Part shown: one piece after another, positions 12,510-25,996 of the stretch
Layout of the letters: each line of letters begins with the position of its first letter
Position numbering within the stretch: the first letter of the stretch is position 1
Assembly: GCA_964016885.1 (NCBI GenBank)
Contig: OZ024743.1
Location: 169,384,001 to 169,448,000 of the forward strand
Length of the DNA stretch: 64,000 nt
Direction: 5' to 3'
Source: Eledone cirrhosa
Taxonomy: Eukaryota
Made by a program: the position numbers and the translations under genes
Notes under the pieces: model-generated
What the model was told of the DNA's origin: nothing
The model's input: only the letters and a program-made list of their open reading frames with translations
Database searches by the model: none

Positions 12510-13040
12510 GTACTAAAAGACAGGTTCTATGGGTCCATAGCACATACTACTTCTCAAATAAGCAACGGTGACATTATAATCATTGTAGGCAACTTTAATG
12601 GGCATGTCAGGCAACACTGTGATGGCTTCAATGGGATCCACGAGGATTATGGGTTTGGTGCTAGAAATGAGGAAGGTTTCAGGCTCATGGAATTCTGTGA
12701 TTTATCTATGATCTATCTATCTGAAACACAAACTTCAAAAACAAGACAATCACTTCATCACCTTAGATCTGGGAAGCATATCAGCTAGATAGATTTTATC
12801 CTTACCAGAAGACAAAACAGTGACAGTTGTAAATGTAAAGTCCCTTCCTGGCGAAGAATGCACCACCCAACATAATCTAATAGTTAGCAACCTTATAGTC
12901 AGGGCTAGATGAACTCGACAACAGAGAATAACTTGAAAAAGAAGAATGTGGAAGTTGAAGCACCTGCTTTTGACAGTAAGGAAGAGCAAATAGAAACATA
13001 CAATGTAGAAAGGCAGTGGGAATTCCTGAAAGATAACCTA
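12510..13040 (+). mobile_element. RTE APE-domain fragment, inverted relative to its neighbour
   Basis: IIIVGNFNGHV, GYGFGARNEEG, QLDRFY/QHNLIV-like APE motifs. Confidence 0.7.
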
Positions 13041-13717
13041 TGTAAAAAACAAGACACCATTGATCATATAATTTCAATGTGAAGTCCTATAGCTCCAACT
13101 GAGTTCCTAAGCAGGCACGACAGAGCTGCACAATACATAAATTGGATAATGTGCAAGCATTTTGACCTACCCCATCAAAAGAATTGGTGGAAGCATCAAC
13201 CACCTCCCATACTTGAAAAAGATCACATCTCAATCTTGTGGAACTTTAGCATCCAAACAGACTGAAAAATAGATGCAAATAGACCTGACGTAATGCTGAA
13301 GGACTTTAAAAAGAGGGTATGCCTGCCGATTGACATGACTGTCCCTATAGACAAGAATGTATTTATAAAAACATTTGAAAAGTTGATAAGGATCCGGAAA
13401 TAGAAATTAGAAAAATGTGGAAGTTGAGAACTAAAACAATACCATTGATTGTAGGCGCTCTAGGAATGATACCTAAAGGGTCTGATGATAATTTATCCCA
13501 AATCCCAGGAAACATGCGTATAGAAGATAGTACGAATGGGAACTGCCCATATACTAAGGAAGATTCTGTCAATATAAGTACACCACAAGTCTAAACACCT
13601 AAAGATGCATATGTGTGTATGTGTTTTTCTTGAACATGGCAGACCTTATTGTATCTTGAAGTCACTGCTTGCGATTTGGTGATAACTCGTATGAACATAA
13701 AGCTAGATAAATGAAAA
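13040..13717 (+). mobile_element. R4/Dong-type LINE family B, 3' fragment
   Basis: Homologous to 33120-33825 (RHD, NRPD restriction-like endonuclease); followed by degenerate (AAT)n. Confidence 0.85.
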
Positions 13718-13743
13718 AATAATAGTAACAATAACAATAATAA

Positions 13744-15114
13744 TAGGCCTATAACATGTCCGTCCGTAATGTGGAAACTGTTAACAGGCATTGTGTCTGA
13801 GGAAATCGAACATCACCTCCACATAAACAACTTGTTACCGGACGAACAGAAAGGATGCCGAAAGAAGTCCCGTGGTACAAAAGACCAGTTACTTATTGAT
13901 AAGATGGTAATGAGGAATTGCAAGAGGAGGCACACTGGTCTTGTCATGGGATGGATAGATTACAAAAAGTCATTCGACATGGTACCTCATTCTTGGATAA
14001 CCAAGAGATCATAAGCCTAGAGATCTTCAAGGTGGCAGATAACATCAGATAGTTGCTGAGCAAAAGTATGAAGTCCTGCGAAACAGAGTTAACATCAGAT
14101 GAAGAATCCTTGGGAGGCATGAAGATCAAGAGAGGTATCTTCCAGGGAGATAGTTTGTCCCCTCTGCTGTTTGTCCTTGCCCTGATACCCCTGTCCATTA
14201 TATTGCAAAAAGTGAGAGCAGGATACAAGTTGGGAAGAGGAGAGCTTACCATCAACCACCTCCTTTTCATGGACGATCTTTGGTAAGAGTGAGAAGGAGT
14301 TGGATGTACTTGTTGACACTGTCCGTATTTTCAGCAATGATATATGTATGCAATTTGGTGTTAAGTGTGGAGTCCTTGTGATGAGGAGGGGTAAATTGAG
14401 CAGAAACAACGGAATCCAGGTAACAACAGGTGAGATGATAAAGGAAATTGACACTGAAGAGGGATACAAATATTTAGGTGTTTTGGAGGCAGATGAGACT
14501 GTGGCACACATTGTATTCGAGTGTAAACACCTAGCCCAGACTCACTATAAAGGCTGGAGACATGATGTGATAGGCAGGGTGATCCACTGGCATCTATGCA
14601 AAGTAAACAATTTACCACATTCTGAGGAGTGGTATGTGCATAAGCCAGAGTCGGTGATAGAAAACGATCACGTGAAGGTGCTATGGGATTTTAGGATACA
14701 GACGGACAAGAAATTAGAACAGAATAGGCTTGACCTGGTGGTTTTGGACAAGGAAAAAAGATCGTGCCTGATTGTAGATGTAGCCTGCCCATTTGACACG
14801 AGAGTGCAAGAAAAGAAGAGAGAGAAAATTAACCGACACCAGGATTTAAAGTGGGAGTTAAAAAGGATTTCGAACTGCCATGAAATCAAGGTCGTCCCGA
14901 TTGTCATAGGTGCACTAGATACTATCTCAAAGAGTTTCCAAGGATGGTTAAAGAAGATTAGTCCAGCCCCGCTTTTTTTGGAACACTTAAAAAGGCATGC
15001 TTGCTGGGAACTGCAAGAACCATCTGATACGTCCTGAATGTCTGAGGCTGCAGGTAGCGGATTGATATTCATTTCAACAAACTTTCCAGTTAAATAAAAT
15101 CAATGACAAAGAAC
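13744..15114 (+). mobile_element. R4/Dong-type LINE family A, 5'-truncated with internal deletion
   Basis: GIFQGDSLSP, LFMDD, RHD, REL domain. Homologous to 30640-32670 with about 650 bp missing near 14492; followed by (AAT)n. Confidence 0.9.
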
Positions 15115-15126
15115 AATAATAATAAT

Positions 15127-15662
15127 GCTTTCTTTATTAACCACAAGGGTTTACACAAAGTAAGATATTAAGGGCAATACAGGACGGAAAAAATGGGCAT
15201 TTCTGTGTGTAAAAAAAAACAAAAGCAGAGGATGTAACAAAAAGAAACAATGAACAATTCCCCATAAGGGGGAGACTTCCAAGAGACATTCGTAGAGAAA
15301 GCCCATTAAAAAAGCCACAGTGACCCTGACCACCAGGGCAAGAACCCTCTCCCAATTTTCCACCTTCAATTTACAAGCACATACTCAGAGTAGGCCCAAT
15401 CACTCGGGCCATACTTGCTTCTCTCACCCATCTTTCAACAAAATGCTGGGAAGAGAGCACTTCCCTCTCTACCCTGATTTTCCTTTTCAAATGAAATTTG
15501 AAAAAGTTAATCAGGGCATCACCGAAGAGGTAAGTGCTCGTCTTTAGCCCTTTCAAACGCGTACACCATACTATCTCTTTCGCCATGGCCACCAGACAGA
15601 TATAAACTGCCTGCCCTTCCCGGCTAAAGGAAGAGGGCTAGGCAATCCTGACGATAGACTCA
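15127..15662 (-). mobile_element. Tx1/L1-clade LINE, short 3' fragment (T1)
   Basis: ORF2 C-terminus (FFKFHLKRKIRVER) and CCCTTGTGGTTAATAAAGAAAGC tail into (ATT)n. Confidence 0.85.
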
Positions 15663-15881
15663 ACTTTCTTTATTAACCACAAGTGTTGACACAAAGTATA
15701 ACATTAAGGACAACACAGGACAATACAAATGGGCATTTTTGCATGTAAATAACAAAAACAGAGTGTGACAAAAAGAAACAAGGAAAAATTCCCAATAGGG
15801 GGGAGACTTCGAGGGTTGCTCGTGGAGAACACCCACGATTACCCTGACTGCTAGGACAAATGCCCTCTTCCAGTTTTCCTG

Positions 15882-18800
15882 TTACAATGGCACACGCTCA
15901 GGGTAGAGCCATTCACACAGGCCATTCTTGCCTCTCACCCACCTTTCAACAAACTGGCTGGAAAGCAGCACTTCCCTCTCCACCCTGATTCTCCTCTTCA
16001 GGTGAAACCTGAAAAAGTTAATGAGGGCGTCACCGAAGAGGAAAGTACCCATCTTCAACCCTTTCAGACGTGTCCACCATACAATCTCTTTTACCATGGC
16101 TACCAGGCAGATAAAATGTGCCTGCCCTTCTCGACTAAAGGAAGGTGGCGGAGCAATCCTCACGATAGATTCAGCTGATAGCCAGATCCGTTCTACACGT
16201 GACAGCAGGTGTTCAGCATAAACGCACAAGTCAGCAATGCTCGGACACTGGACGAGTGCGTGCAGGACGGTTTCATTGCCCTGCATGCATCTCGGACAGG
16301 TCCGGCTGACGGTACTTCCATGCATGTAGAGTGTATCCCGAACTGGCAAAGCTCCTCGGTAGAGCGGCAAGGTGGAGTTTTCAGCGGTTGTATTGCTCGA
16401 CTGGTCGAGGGCTGTAAGCGCCTGAAGACATTCCAGTCTCCAAGCGCTTCCGCTCGGTCTTCGCTTGACCCAGGACTGCACTCCGCCAAGGCGACAAGCT
16501 GGGGAAAGACGCGTCTAGCAAACGCCGACCACACCTGATCACCATCGAGGAAGAGGTGGAGATGTCGTAGCCTGAGCGCATGTCTGTGCATCATCAACCG
16601 CGGCATGCCCAGCCCTCCGCTTAGCGGATGCTGACAGCAGATGGACTGCCTGACCATCAGAACACGTCCCTTCCACAAAAAGCGAAAGAGCAAACGCTCC
16701 AGTGCAGTTAGGCGAGGCTTAGGACAAGACACGATGGTCAGGCGGTAGTAGATGACGGATGCGATGTACGCATTCACCACCTCTGCTTGACCTTTCAGGG
16801 ATAGCTTCCTTTTGGCCCATTTCTGGGTGAGAGAAACCACCTTGCACGTGACCTCCTCCCAGTTTTTGTCCGTCTGGAAGTCCGGACCGAACCAGAGCCC
16901 GAGCAATTTAACCGGTCCGTCCGTCCAGCGCCCGACGACACTGTTGGACGGAATGGACCTGCCTCTCCAGGTGCCGAGTTGCAGGCCCACTGATTTTTCC
17001 TGGTTGATCATTGCTCCTGTCACTACCTCGTTTTCTCTTAGTGTGGTGCCGAACGCCTTGATGTATTTGGCGTTCGACACCACTACGGTGATGTCGTCTG
17101 CATAAGCTGAAACTGTTCTTCCGCATGCTAGTTCACGCGGGATCCCCCTCAACGTCTCCAGTTTGTGCAGTAATGGCTCGAGAATCAATACGTACAACAA
17201 GGACGAGAGAGGAGATCCTTGGCAGATCGAGCGCATAATGTTGAACGGTTCCAAAAGGTGACCGTTCACTCTCACCACAGAGCAGATGTCGCTGTGCATG
17301 GCAGCAATCCACCCTCTGAGGACAGACGCAATGCCAGCTGTTCTTAGGACTGCTGCCAGCTAACGATGGTCGACCCTATCGAAAGCTTTTGACTGATCTA
17401 AATTGATCAAAGACCTACCCGTGCCAAGTTCCCTAGATACCCTCTCAACGATGTATCGCATGAGGTGGGGGTTGTCCTGGATGGATCTGTCTGGAATGAG
17501 GCATGTTTGCGCCTCTCCCACCAGACCACCAACGACAAGCGCCAACCTCTTTGCTAGCATCTTAGCCAAAATCTTGAGGTCTGTGTTTAGCAGAGTTAAC
17601 GGCCTGAAATTTTCTATGTTATCCCCCTTGTTCGGATCCTTTCTCAGCAGCGCCACTGCTCAACGGCTCACAGAGCTGGGAATTCTCCCGTTCTGCTGCC
17701 AGTCGCAGTAGACGTCTGCCAAGAGGTCTTCGAACAAGTCTGGGATATGTATGTAAATTTCGTAGGGCAGACCATCCAAACCAAGCGATTTAGCCATTGT
17801 GCAGATAGTCATTGCTTCCCGTACTTCAGCAGCTGTTATCGGCCTTTCGCAACACTCCGCCTTGGCCGAGAGACGCGGCAGTCCGTCGAGTTAGGCACTG
17901 AAGTTCATTCTGCGATGCGGCCTGCCATTGTCCCCGAACAGCTGAGTAAAGTGCTGCTAAAAAGCCGCACGCATCTGCCCGTGATCGGGTATCATGCGCT
18001 TGTCGTGGTTCACCAAAGACCGGATCGTCGCTTTGTTGCCACGACGAGCCTCCGCCACCCAGGCCCATTGAACGGCTTTCGTCCTCTCGTCCTTTCGTCC
18101 TCTGCAGCCTTCGTGTTTAGCGTTGAAAAATTGGTTGAGAGCCAATTTCGCCGCAAGAACATCGGTCGCGATGCCTTTACTAAGCGCCTCGTCTAATTTG
18201 CTAACTAGATTTCTTTCTGCTGAATTTTTCTGTTACTAGCGCTTTACTAAACCTAATGGACTCTATTCTAATCGCTCTTTTCAGGGCAAACCACCACTTG
18301 TTTTTCAGGGCAAACCACCACTTGTTGTTCGCTAATTCTGTCTCTGTAAGCTTTGCGCGCAGTTTACGACGCGTTTAGTTTCCAGTAGCCCGGTCCCTGT
18401 CTATGAAGCCCATTTAAGTCAACCACACAGATTGCGAATTTGTGGTCCGTGTAGCTGACTAATCTAGATATGATCTGCATGACCCGATGCGGTTTGTCCA
18501 AGTCCACATTGGCACATTCGGGAAATCCAATCGGTACCTGACCGACAGTTGAAAACGCCTGAGCAGGTTTGCGAGGCTTTTACACCCTCCTCCCCTATCC
18601 GCTAATCCCACACAATCCCAGCGTGCATCTAAGATCCTGTTCCAGTAGCCCACAAACACTAAAGAGCGGGACGTTCCAAGAAAGGTCTCCAGACGCTGGA
18701 AGATTTCAGGCTGTCCTGCTCCTGTTGGGGCATAGACGGCCACTAGCCTGAAAGCTTGTCCTTCTCCGCTGGTCAAGTCCAGTACCACCAACTTACCCTC

Positions 18801-19044
18801 TGGATCCAAGAGATTCAGACTTCTCCGGAACAACACGGCCACACCCACCCCGATCCGGGACGGCTTGGAAATACACCTCGTAGCCACCGAAAATGGGTGT
18901 GAATGCCTGTGCTTCGGAGATTCTGGTCTCGCTTATAGCCACCACATCTACGTTTAGCGACCTGAGATCGTTCAGCAGGTGGCCCTGCTTCCAAATCGAA
19001 CCCAGGTCACGTGCATTTATGCTACCTATTCTGAGAGAAGCCAT
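15882..19044 (-). pseudogene. Tx1 ORF2: APE endonuclease, RT and CCHC domain (disrupted)
   Basis: IGSINAR, ISETR, SYLD, NFRPLTLLN, DQSKAFDRV, QGSPLS, AYADD, CPRC..H..C. Confidence 0.9.
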
Positions 19045-19094
19045 GTTGGCTAGGATAGGAGGAAAATAAGTGAGAGGGGAGAAGTACAAAAATT

Positions 19095-20885
19095 ACCTGT
19101 GGCTTTTTTTTAGGAAGGGGGTGGGTGATCCATCCCTCCAACCAATGTGGGTTTCTCCACGAGAATATCCGTGAATATTCTTTTGGTGATGTTCCCTCGG
19201 TAATCTCCAATTGATGTGGGCAACATTATTTTTAATGTTATGTAATTTTGGGTGTGATTTTTATTATTTTTATGTGTGTGGGGGTTGAAATGTTGGTGGT
19301 CTGTACGTAGTTTGTTTATGTGATGTTGGTGTGGTATTGAATGTAATTTAAAAGCTTTGTGTTGTCAGTGTCTATGGCTGTGTATTGTGTCTGCTGTTGG
19401 GGTGTTGGTGCTTTCTTTGCTGTGGTGTTGTTGGAGGTCACGATGGAGTAGATGCTATGGGTGGCGGTGGTGGTGGTGGTGGTGGTAATGTTGTAGGTGG
19501 TTGTGGGTGTATGGCTGTTGATGGTGGTGGAGGAGGTGGGGTAGTTTTCATTTTCTTTTTTTAGGGTTCTTTCTTCCTCTTTTGGGGTGGGTGGTGGGGT
19601 GGGGGAGTTTTTCCTTTTTTTATTGAAATAATATTCCATTCTTCGGCCTCATCGCACTCCTTGTCCGGTTTAGCTATATCAGGAAGGGGTATGCTTTCCA
19701 TTGGTTCTGTGGGTAGTGGAAGAGATGGTGATTTTGTTGTTGGGGATGGGGATTTCTCTTCTGCCACTGTGGTCTTTGTTTGTTTGTCGGCTCCAGTTGC
19801 GGGGCACGGTGTGGGGAGAAGGGGTGGGTGCGTGCCTGTTTTGGTGAGTTTGGGGCAGAATGTCTTAAGGTGCGTCTTGTCACCGCATCCATGACACTTT
19901 GGGCGCCTACCTTCGACAGTCACGAGTAGATGGCTGCCATCACCCAGGTCTATTACATCGGGGATGGCTTCAATCCTCTCATGGTTTGCTTGGATGATTA
20001 GCTCCATCCCCGACCCTGTCCAATTTTCCTGTCTTATTCGCAACTATACTCAAGTATAGTTGTTGAATCCTCAACGTCAGAGAGGACGGCCGCCGTCTAC
20101 CACGCCATCTCCACTGAGGGCGGAACCTGGGCCACTCGAACCCTCACGACTCTCTGGCCGCAGTATGTAGGCATTATTATGATTTTGTCACTGCGGTGTG
20201 GCGCAATGGAATGTGCTCTTGCTTCTTCTGGCGTAGCGAAGAGCACATCCACAGTGCCATACCTCGATCCCCGGGCTATATATGTTTTCTGTGTCCAGAC
20301 GGCACCCATAGCTCTTTGGACCTGTGACTCCGTTGCCCGTTCGACTCGCCGCGATTTTGATCCGATTGTGCAATAACTGACCGAACGCAAAAGCTTGTTT
20401 CTTATTATCTCAGCTGGGCGGGTGAGACTTACCCTGTGTCCGGTCTTTTTAACCAAGACCTTTGCTTGTTTTATTTCTTTATTGGTCGCTTTAGCGAAAG
20501 ATGTGTTTGTTTTGATTTGTATTGACTCATCGCTAGTTTTGTCTTTGTTGCCGTCGCTGGTATTTTTTTGTTTTTTTTCCTCTGTGTTGTTGCTGTTATA
20601 GTTGTTGCCCCTTGGGTTCTTTATGGCTGTAGCTGTTATTATTGTTGTTATTGGGCTGGTGGTGGTGTTTGGTTTTTCTAGAGTAGAGTAGTTTTCGTTG
20701 TAATTTCCAATACTGCTGTTACTGTTCCAGTGGCTGCTGCTGCTGTTGTAACACCACTGTCACTGTCGCTACTGCTGCTGTTTCTCTTGTTTTTTACTTT
20801 GCCTTGTGATTAGATGGAATCGGCTGTTCCACCCTCCGAATAACCCGCTGTTCCTCCCTGTGGACAATTTTTTTTGACCGCCATG
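19095..20885 (-). pseudogene. Tx1 ORF1 (RRM-like plus CCHC knuckle), disrupted
   Basis: RGSRYGTVDVLF; CHGCGDKTHLKTFC = CX2CX4HX4C; P/T-rich linkers. Confidence 0.8.
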
Positions 20886-21090
20886 TTTTGTTATTTTAAA
20901 ACAAAATTTGGGGGGTATGATTGTAAATAAATACAGATTTAGCCCTCAAGGGCGCGAGATACGGTTTAAAAACCACCTACTTTGAAAGAGGGGTTCTTTA
21001 ACTACACACCGATGAAAAAAATAGTATATAGAACGTTGGATAACTCATAAAAATTCAACTAACTTACTCCGAGGTAGTTACCACCGTCTC

Positions 21091-21114
21091 ATAATAATAA
21101 GGGCAACAACAACA

Positions 21115-21171
<57 letters not shown>
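21091..21171 (+). repeat. (AAT)n microsatellite (one of about 15 junction tracts)
   Basis: Further tracts at about 13718, 15115, 25671, 27865, 28086, 32676, 33827, 42587, 42697, 45181, 45389, 45625, 45687 and 50056; all read AAT on +. Confidence 0.95.
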
Positions 21172-21172
<1 letters not shown>

Positions 21173-24100
21173 TTTTCTTTATTAACCACAAGGGTTTACA
21201 TAAAGTAGACATTAAGGACAGTACAGGACGGTACAAATGGGCATTTCTGCGTGTCAAAAAAACAGAGGATGTAATAAAATAACAAAGAAAAATTCCCCAA
21301 TGGGGGGAGACTTCCGAGGGACATTTGTGGAGAAAGCCCATTAAAAGACCACAGTGACCCTGACCACCAGGGCAAGTACCCTCTCCAAGTTTTCCACCTT
21401 TAATTTACAGACACATACTTGCTTCTCTCACCCATCTTTCAACAAAATGCTGGGAAGAGAGCACTTCCCTCTCTACCCTGATTTTCCTTTTCAAATGAAA
21501 TTTGAAAAAGTTAATCAGGGCATCACCGAAGAGGTAAGTGCTCGTCTTTAGCCCTTTCAAACGCGTACACCATACTATCTCTTTCGCCATGGCCACCAGA
21601 CAGATATAAACTGCCTGCCCTTCCCGGCTAAAGGAAGAGGGCGGGGCAATCCTCACGATGGACTCAGCTGATAGCTGGATCCGTCCTACACGTGACAGCA
21701 GGTGTTCGACATAAACCCACAAGTCAGCAATGCTCGGACACTGGACGAGTGCGTGCAGGACGGTTTCGTCGCCCTGTGCGCATCTCGGACATGCCCGGCT
21801 TACGGCACCTCCATGACTGTAGAGTTTATCCCGAACTGGCAAAGCTCCCCGGTAGCACTGCCAGGCCAGGGATTTCTGGAAGTTGTCCATAGGCCCCGTC
21901 CCGAAAGTCCTTCCGAAGAGATTGGCTAGTTGATTTTCGTCGACGCCTAGAGTTTCTCCAAGTACGTCGTCGCTCTTCCCCTCCACTAATCCTCTATAGA
22001 ACGCCAAGGTGGAGTTTCCACCGATCACATTGCCCGATTGGTCGAGGGCTGTGAGCGCCTGAAGACATTCCAGTTTCCAAGCGTTCCCTCTCGGTCTTCG
22101 CTTGACCCAGGACTGCAGCTCCGTCAAGGAGACGAGCTGGGGAAAGACGTGTCTAGCAAACGGCGATCACACCTGATCACCGTCGAGGAAGAGGTGGAGA
22201 TGTCGTAGCCTGAGCGCGTGTCTGCGCATCATCAGCCACGGCATGCCCAGCCCTCCACGTAGCGGATGTTGACAGCAGATGGACCGCCTGACCATCGGAG
22301 CGCGTCCCTTCCACAAAAAGCGAAAGAGCAAACGCTCCAGTGCAGTCAGGCGGGGCTTAGGACAAGGTACGACGGTCAGGCGGTAGTAGATGACGGACGC
22401 GATGTACGCGTTAGCCACCTCCGCTCGACATTTCAGGGATAGCTTCCTCCCCGCCCATTTCTGGGTGAGAGAAGCCACCCTGCTCGTCACCTCGTCCCAG
22501 TTTTTGTACGTCTGGAGGTCTGGACCGAACCAGACTCCTAGCAATTTAACCGGTCCGTCCGTCCAGCGCCCGACGACCCTGTTGGAAGGCATGGACCTGC
22601 CTCTCCAGGTGCCGAGCTGCAGGCACACTGACTTTTTCTGGTTGATCATTGCTCCTGTCACCGCTTCGTATTCTCTTAGTGTAGTGCCGATCGCCTCGAT
22701 TTGTTTGGCGTTCGACACCACAACGGTGACATCGTCCGCATATGCTGACACGGATCTTCCGCATCCTAGTTCGCGCGGGACCCCCCTCAACGTCTCCAGT
22801 TTGTGCAGTAATGGCTCGAGAGTCAATACGTTCAATAGGGACGAGAGGGGACATCCTTGGCGGACCGAGCGCATGATGTTGAACGGTTCCGAAAGGTGAC
22901 CGTTCACTCTCACTACAGAGCAGATGTCGCTGTGCATGTCAGCGATCCAGCCTCTGAAGACGGGCCCAAAGCCAGCCGCCCTCAGGACTGCCGCTAGGTA
23001 ACGATGGTCGACCCTATCGAAGGCTTTCGACTAATCTAAATTGATCAAAGACCTACCCGTGCCTGGTTCCCTAGCTACCCTCTCTACGATGTATCGCATG
23101 AGGTGGAGGTGGTCGTGGATGGATCTGTCGGGAATGGCGCATGTCTGAGCCTCTCCCACCCGACCACCAGCGACAAGCGCCAAACTCTTTGCTAGCACCT
23201 TAGCCAAAATCTTGAAATCTGTGTTTAGCAGAGTTATGAGCCTAAAATTATCTATGTTATCCCCCTTGTTCGGATCCTTTCTCAGCAGCGCCACCGCTCC
23301 TCGGCTCACAGAGCTGGGAATTCTCCCGTTCTGTTGCCAGTTGCTAATTCTCCCTCTGCTCTATTTTTCTCTATTACTAAAGCCTTACTAAACCTAATGG
23401 ACTCTATTCTAATTGCTCTTTTCAGAGCAAACCACCACTTGTTGTTGACGATGGCCTCCGTCAACGCCCGCATAACTAGTTCGCTAATCCGGTCTCTGTA
23501 GGCCTTGCGCGCTGGTAAGGACGCGTTTAGCATCCAGTAGCCGGGTCCTCGTCTATGAAGCCTATCTAAGTCAAGCACACAGATCACGAATTTGTGGTCC
23601 GTATAGCTGACTATCTTGAATTGTGGACAGCCTATGCTAGACCTATCTATTTCCCTACAAAATACTCTATCTAGATATGATCTGGATGCCCCTATGCGAT
23701 TTGTCCAAGTCCACATTGGTACATTCGGTAGATCCAATCGGTACCTGCCAGACAGTTCAAAACGCCTGAGCAGGTTGGTGAGACTCTTGCACCCTCCTTC
23801 CCTATCCACTAATTCCACACAATCCCAGCGTGCATCTAAGATCCCGTTCCAGTCGCCCACTAACACTAAAGAGCGGGACGTTCCAAGAAAGGTCTCTAGA
23901 CGCCGGAAGAAATCAGGCCGCCCTGCTCCTGTCGGAGCATAGACGGCCACTAACCTGAAACTTTCCCGTCTCCGCTGGTCACGTCCAGCACCACCAACTT
24001 ACCTTCTGGGTCCAGGAAGATGGCCCGTATGGCAAGATCCAAACCTCTCCGAAAAAGCACAGCAACTCCACCCCCCGATCCCGGACGGCTGGGAGATGGC

Positions 24101-25670
24101 CGGGGAGTGGAAAATCCTCCACAGGTGTTAGTTTTGGTTGTGGCGTGGTGGATGGTGTAGGCGCTGGTGCTAGTTCTGAAGCGTTGGGTGGTGGTGGTGT
24201 TGGTTTTGCTGGTGGTGGTGGTGTTGGTTTTGCTACTGTTGCTGGGGTTGTTGCTGTTATAGTTGCTTCTGTTGTTGCCGCTACAGTTGTTGCTGCCATC
24301 TCTGCTACTGGTGGTGTTGATGGTTGTGTCACTGGGGTGGGTAGGAGAGGTGACCTCAACCTTTTAGCCTGAAGCCAGAAAGCCCTTAGGTGGGTTCCTT
24401 CACCACAAACGACACACCTAGGCCTTCTGCCCTCGACAATTACGGTGAGGTGGCTGCCGTCAGTGAGGTCTATTACCTCTGGGATCTCCTCAATGCTTTT
24501 TTGGTCCACTTGGATCAGGAGCTCCCTCCCAGATCCGGACCAGTTCTCCTGCTTTTCTTTTGCTATTGCTATTATCTTTGTGTTGGATTCGATGCCGGCG
24601 AGGACGGCTGCTATTAGCCAGGGAATTTCGATGGCCGGTGGAACGTGGGTCACCCTGATCTTTACGCATCGCTGACCACAATAGCTTGGGACGAGTGTGA
24701 AGTCGTCACTTCTTAATGGGGCCATGGAGTGTTCTCTAGCCTCCTCTGGTGTTTCAAAGAACACGTCCACGGTTCCATACTTCTGCCCACGTCTGATGTG
24801 GGTTTTTCTTGCCCATATATGTCCCAAAGCTTTTTGGATTTGGGACTCGGATGCCCGTTCCACTCGGCGCGATTTTACATTTATTGTTCGATACGACACG
24901 GTGCATAGGCGCCGATGCTCCATTTTATTAGGTGGGGGGTGAGGCTGACCCTGTACCCATCTTTCTTTACCATTTGTTTGGCATTTTCTAAATCCTCCTG
25001 AGTTACCGTAAATGCTTCGAACTGTTTTGCTACTCTGTCAAAACTCAGGGTGGTTTTTTTAATGTCATTGTCGTTGTTGTTGCTATCGTTATTTTTGTTA
25101 TTATTAATTTTAGTTTCAGTTGTGGTGGTGGTGACGTCAGTGAAAGTCGGTTTGGGAGAGTCCATTTTGGTTGAAAATATTTCGACACCACGAGTTAATT
25201 TATTTTTTCCTTTTGTTTCTGTTGTCGCCGTGGGGGGGGGGGGGGGTCGCGGTGGTGATGGTGGTGGTGGCGGCTTTAACACCTGCAGTCATTGGTAATG
25301 GCGGGAAATGAATGTCTGCCTGAGACAAATTTAAAATATTGCTAGTGCTTAAATTGTTTGTGTTGGAAGACGTATAATCATTTACAATGGTGGTGTCGGT
25401 GTGAGGTGTTAATTTGTGAGAAAGGCTTTCAGCTGCTTGGTGCAGTGGTGAATTAGCCATTTTCTTTTCAAAGAAATTTTTTGATAATCATAAAAGTTTA
25501 AATTTTGGGCACAAGGCCCCAATCTTTTTGGGTGTCCTTTTCGGAAAACAATGTATGTGCGCTTATATATAATTAACAATAAAAATTTTCCATAAATGGC
25601 AATTTTTAACAAACGGAAATAACAAACCTTTGCGGAGCTCACGATGATACGATTTACTACGTAGGTCGCC
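21172..25670 (-). mobile_element. Tx1/L1-clade LINE with both ends and internal deletions (T3)
   Basis: ORF1 from 25460; deletion near 24098 joins ORF1 to the APE domain; second deletion near 23340; AYADD; (AAT)n on both sides. Confidence 0.9.
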
Positions 25671-25703
<33 letters not shown>

Positions 25704-25705
<2 letters not shown>

Positions 25706-25891
25706 TTGTTTCTACTTTAGGCACAAGGGTAGCAATTACCCAGCCCATTACTGGTACTTTATTTTATCGACCCCGTAAGGATGAAAGGCAAAGTCAACCT
25801 CGGCGGGATTTGAACTCAGATCGTAAAGGGACGTAACTATGCTGGAAAGCATGGCGTCCGACCCTCTGCCTATACTGCCAATCCACCGCCC
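25704..25891 (-). mobile_element. tRNA-derived SINE
   Basis: A-box-like TGGCAGTATAGG, B-box GAGTTCAAATCC, core GCCTTTCATCCTTACGGGGTCGATAAA (resembles the Meta domain), tail into (ATT)n. Confidence 0.85.
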
Positions 25892-25896
25892 TTGTG

Positions 25897-25996
25897 CAAA
25901 TCACCGCTTGTTGTTCAAATCACCGCTTGTTGTTCAAATCACCGCTTGTTGTTCAAATCACCGCTTGTTGTTCAATCCACCGCTTGTTGTTCAAAT
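25897..25996 (+). repeat. 19-bp minisatellite CAAATCACCGCTTGTTGTT x5
   Basis: Direct tandem units without spacers. Confidence 0.95.

Larger units (their letters stand above)
15663..21090 (-). mobile_element. Tx1/L1-clade LINE, near full length (T2)
   Basis: 5' UTR, ORF1 (ATG about 20885), ORF2 (ATG 19044) and AATAAA tail; 5' end abuts (AAT)n. Confidence 0.9.

Noticed and set aside
25897-25996. 19-bp repeats as a CRISPR array
   Set aside because: No spacers, no cas genes, eukaryotic context.
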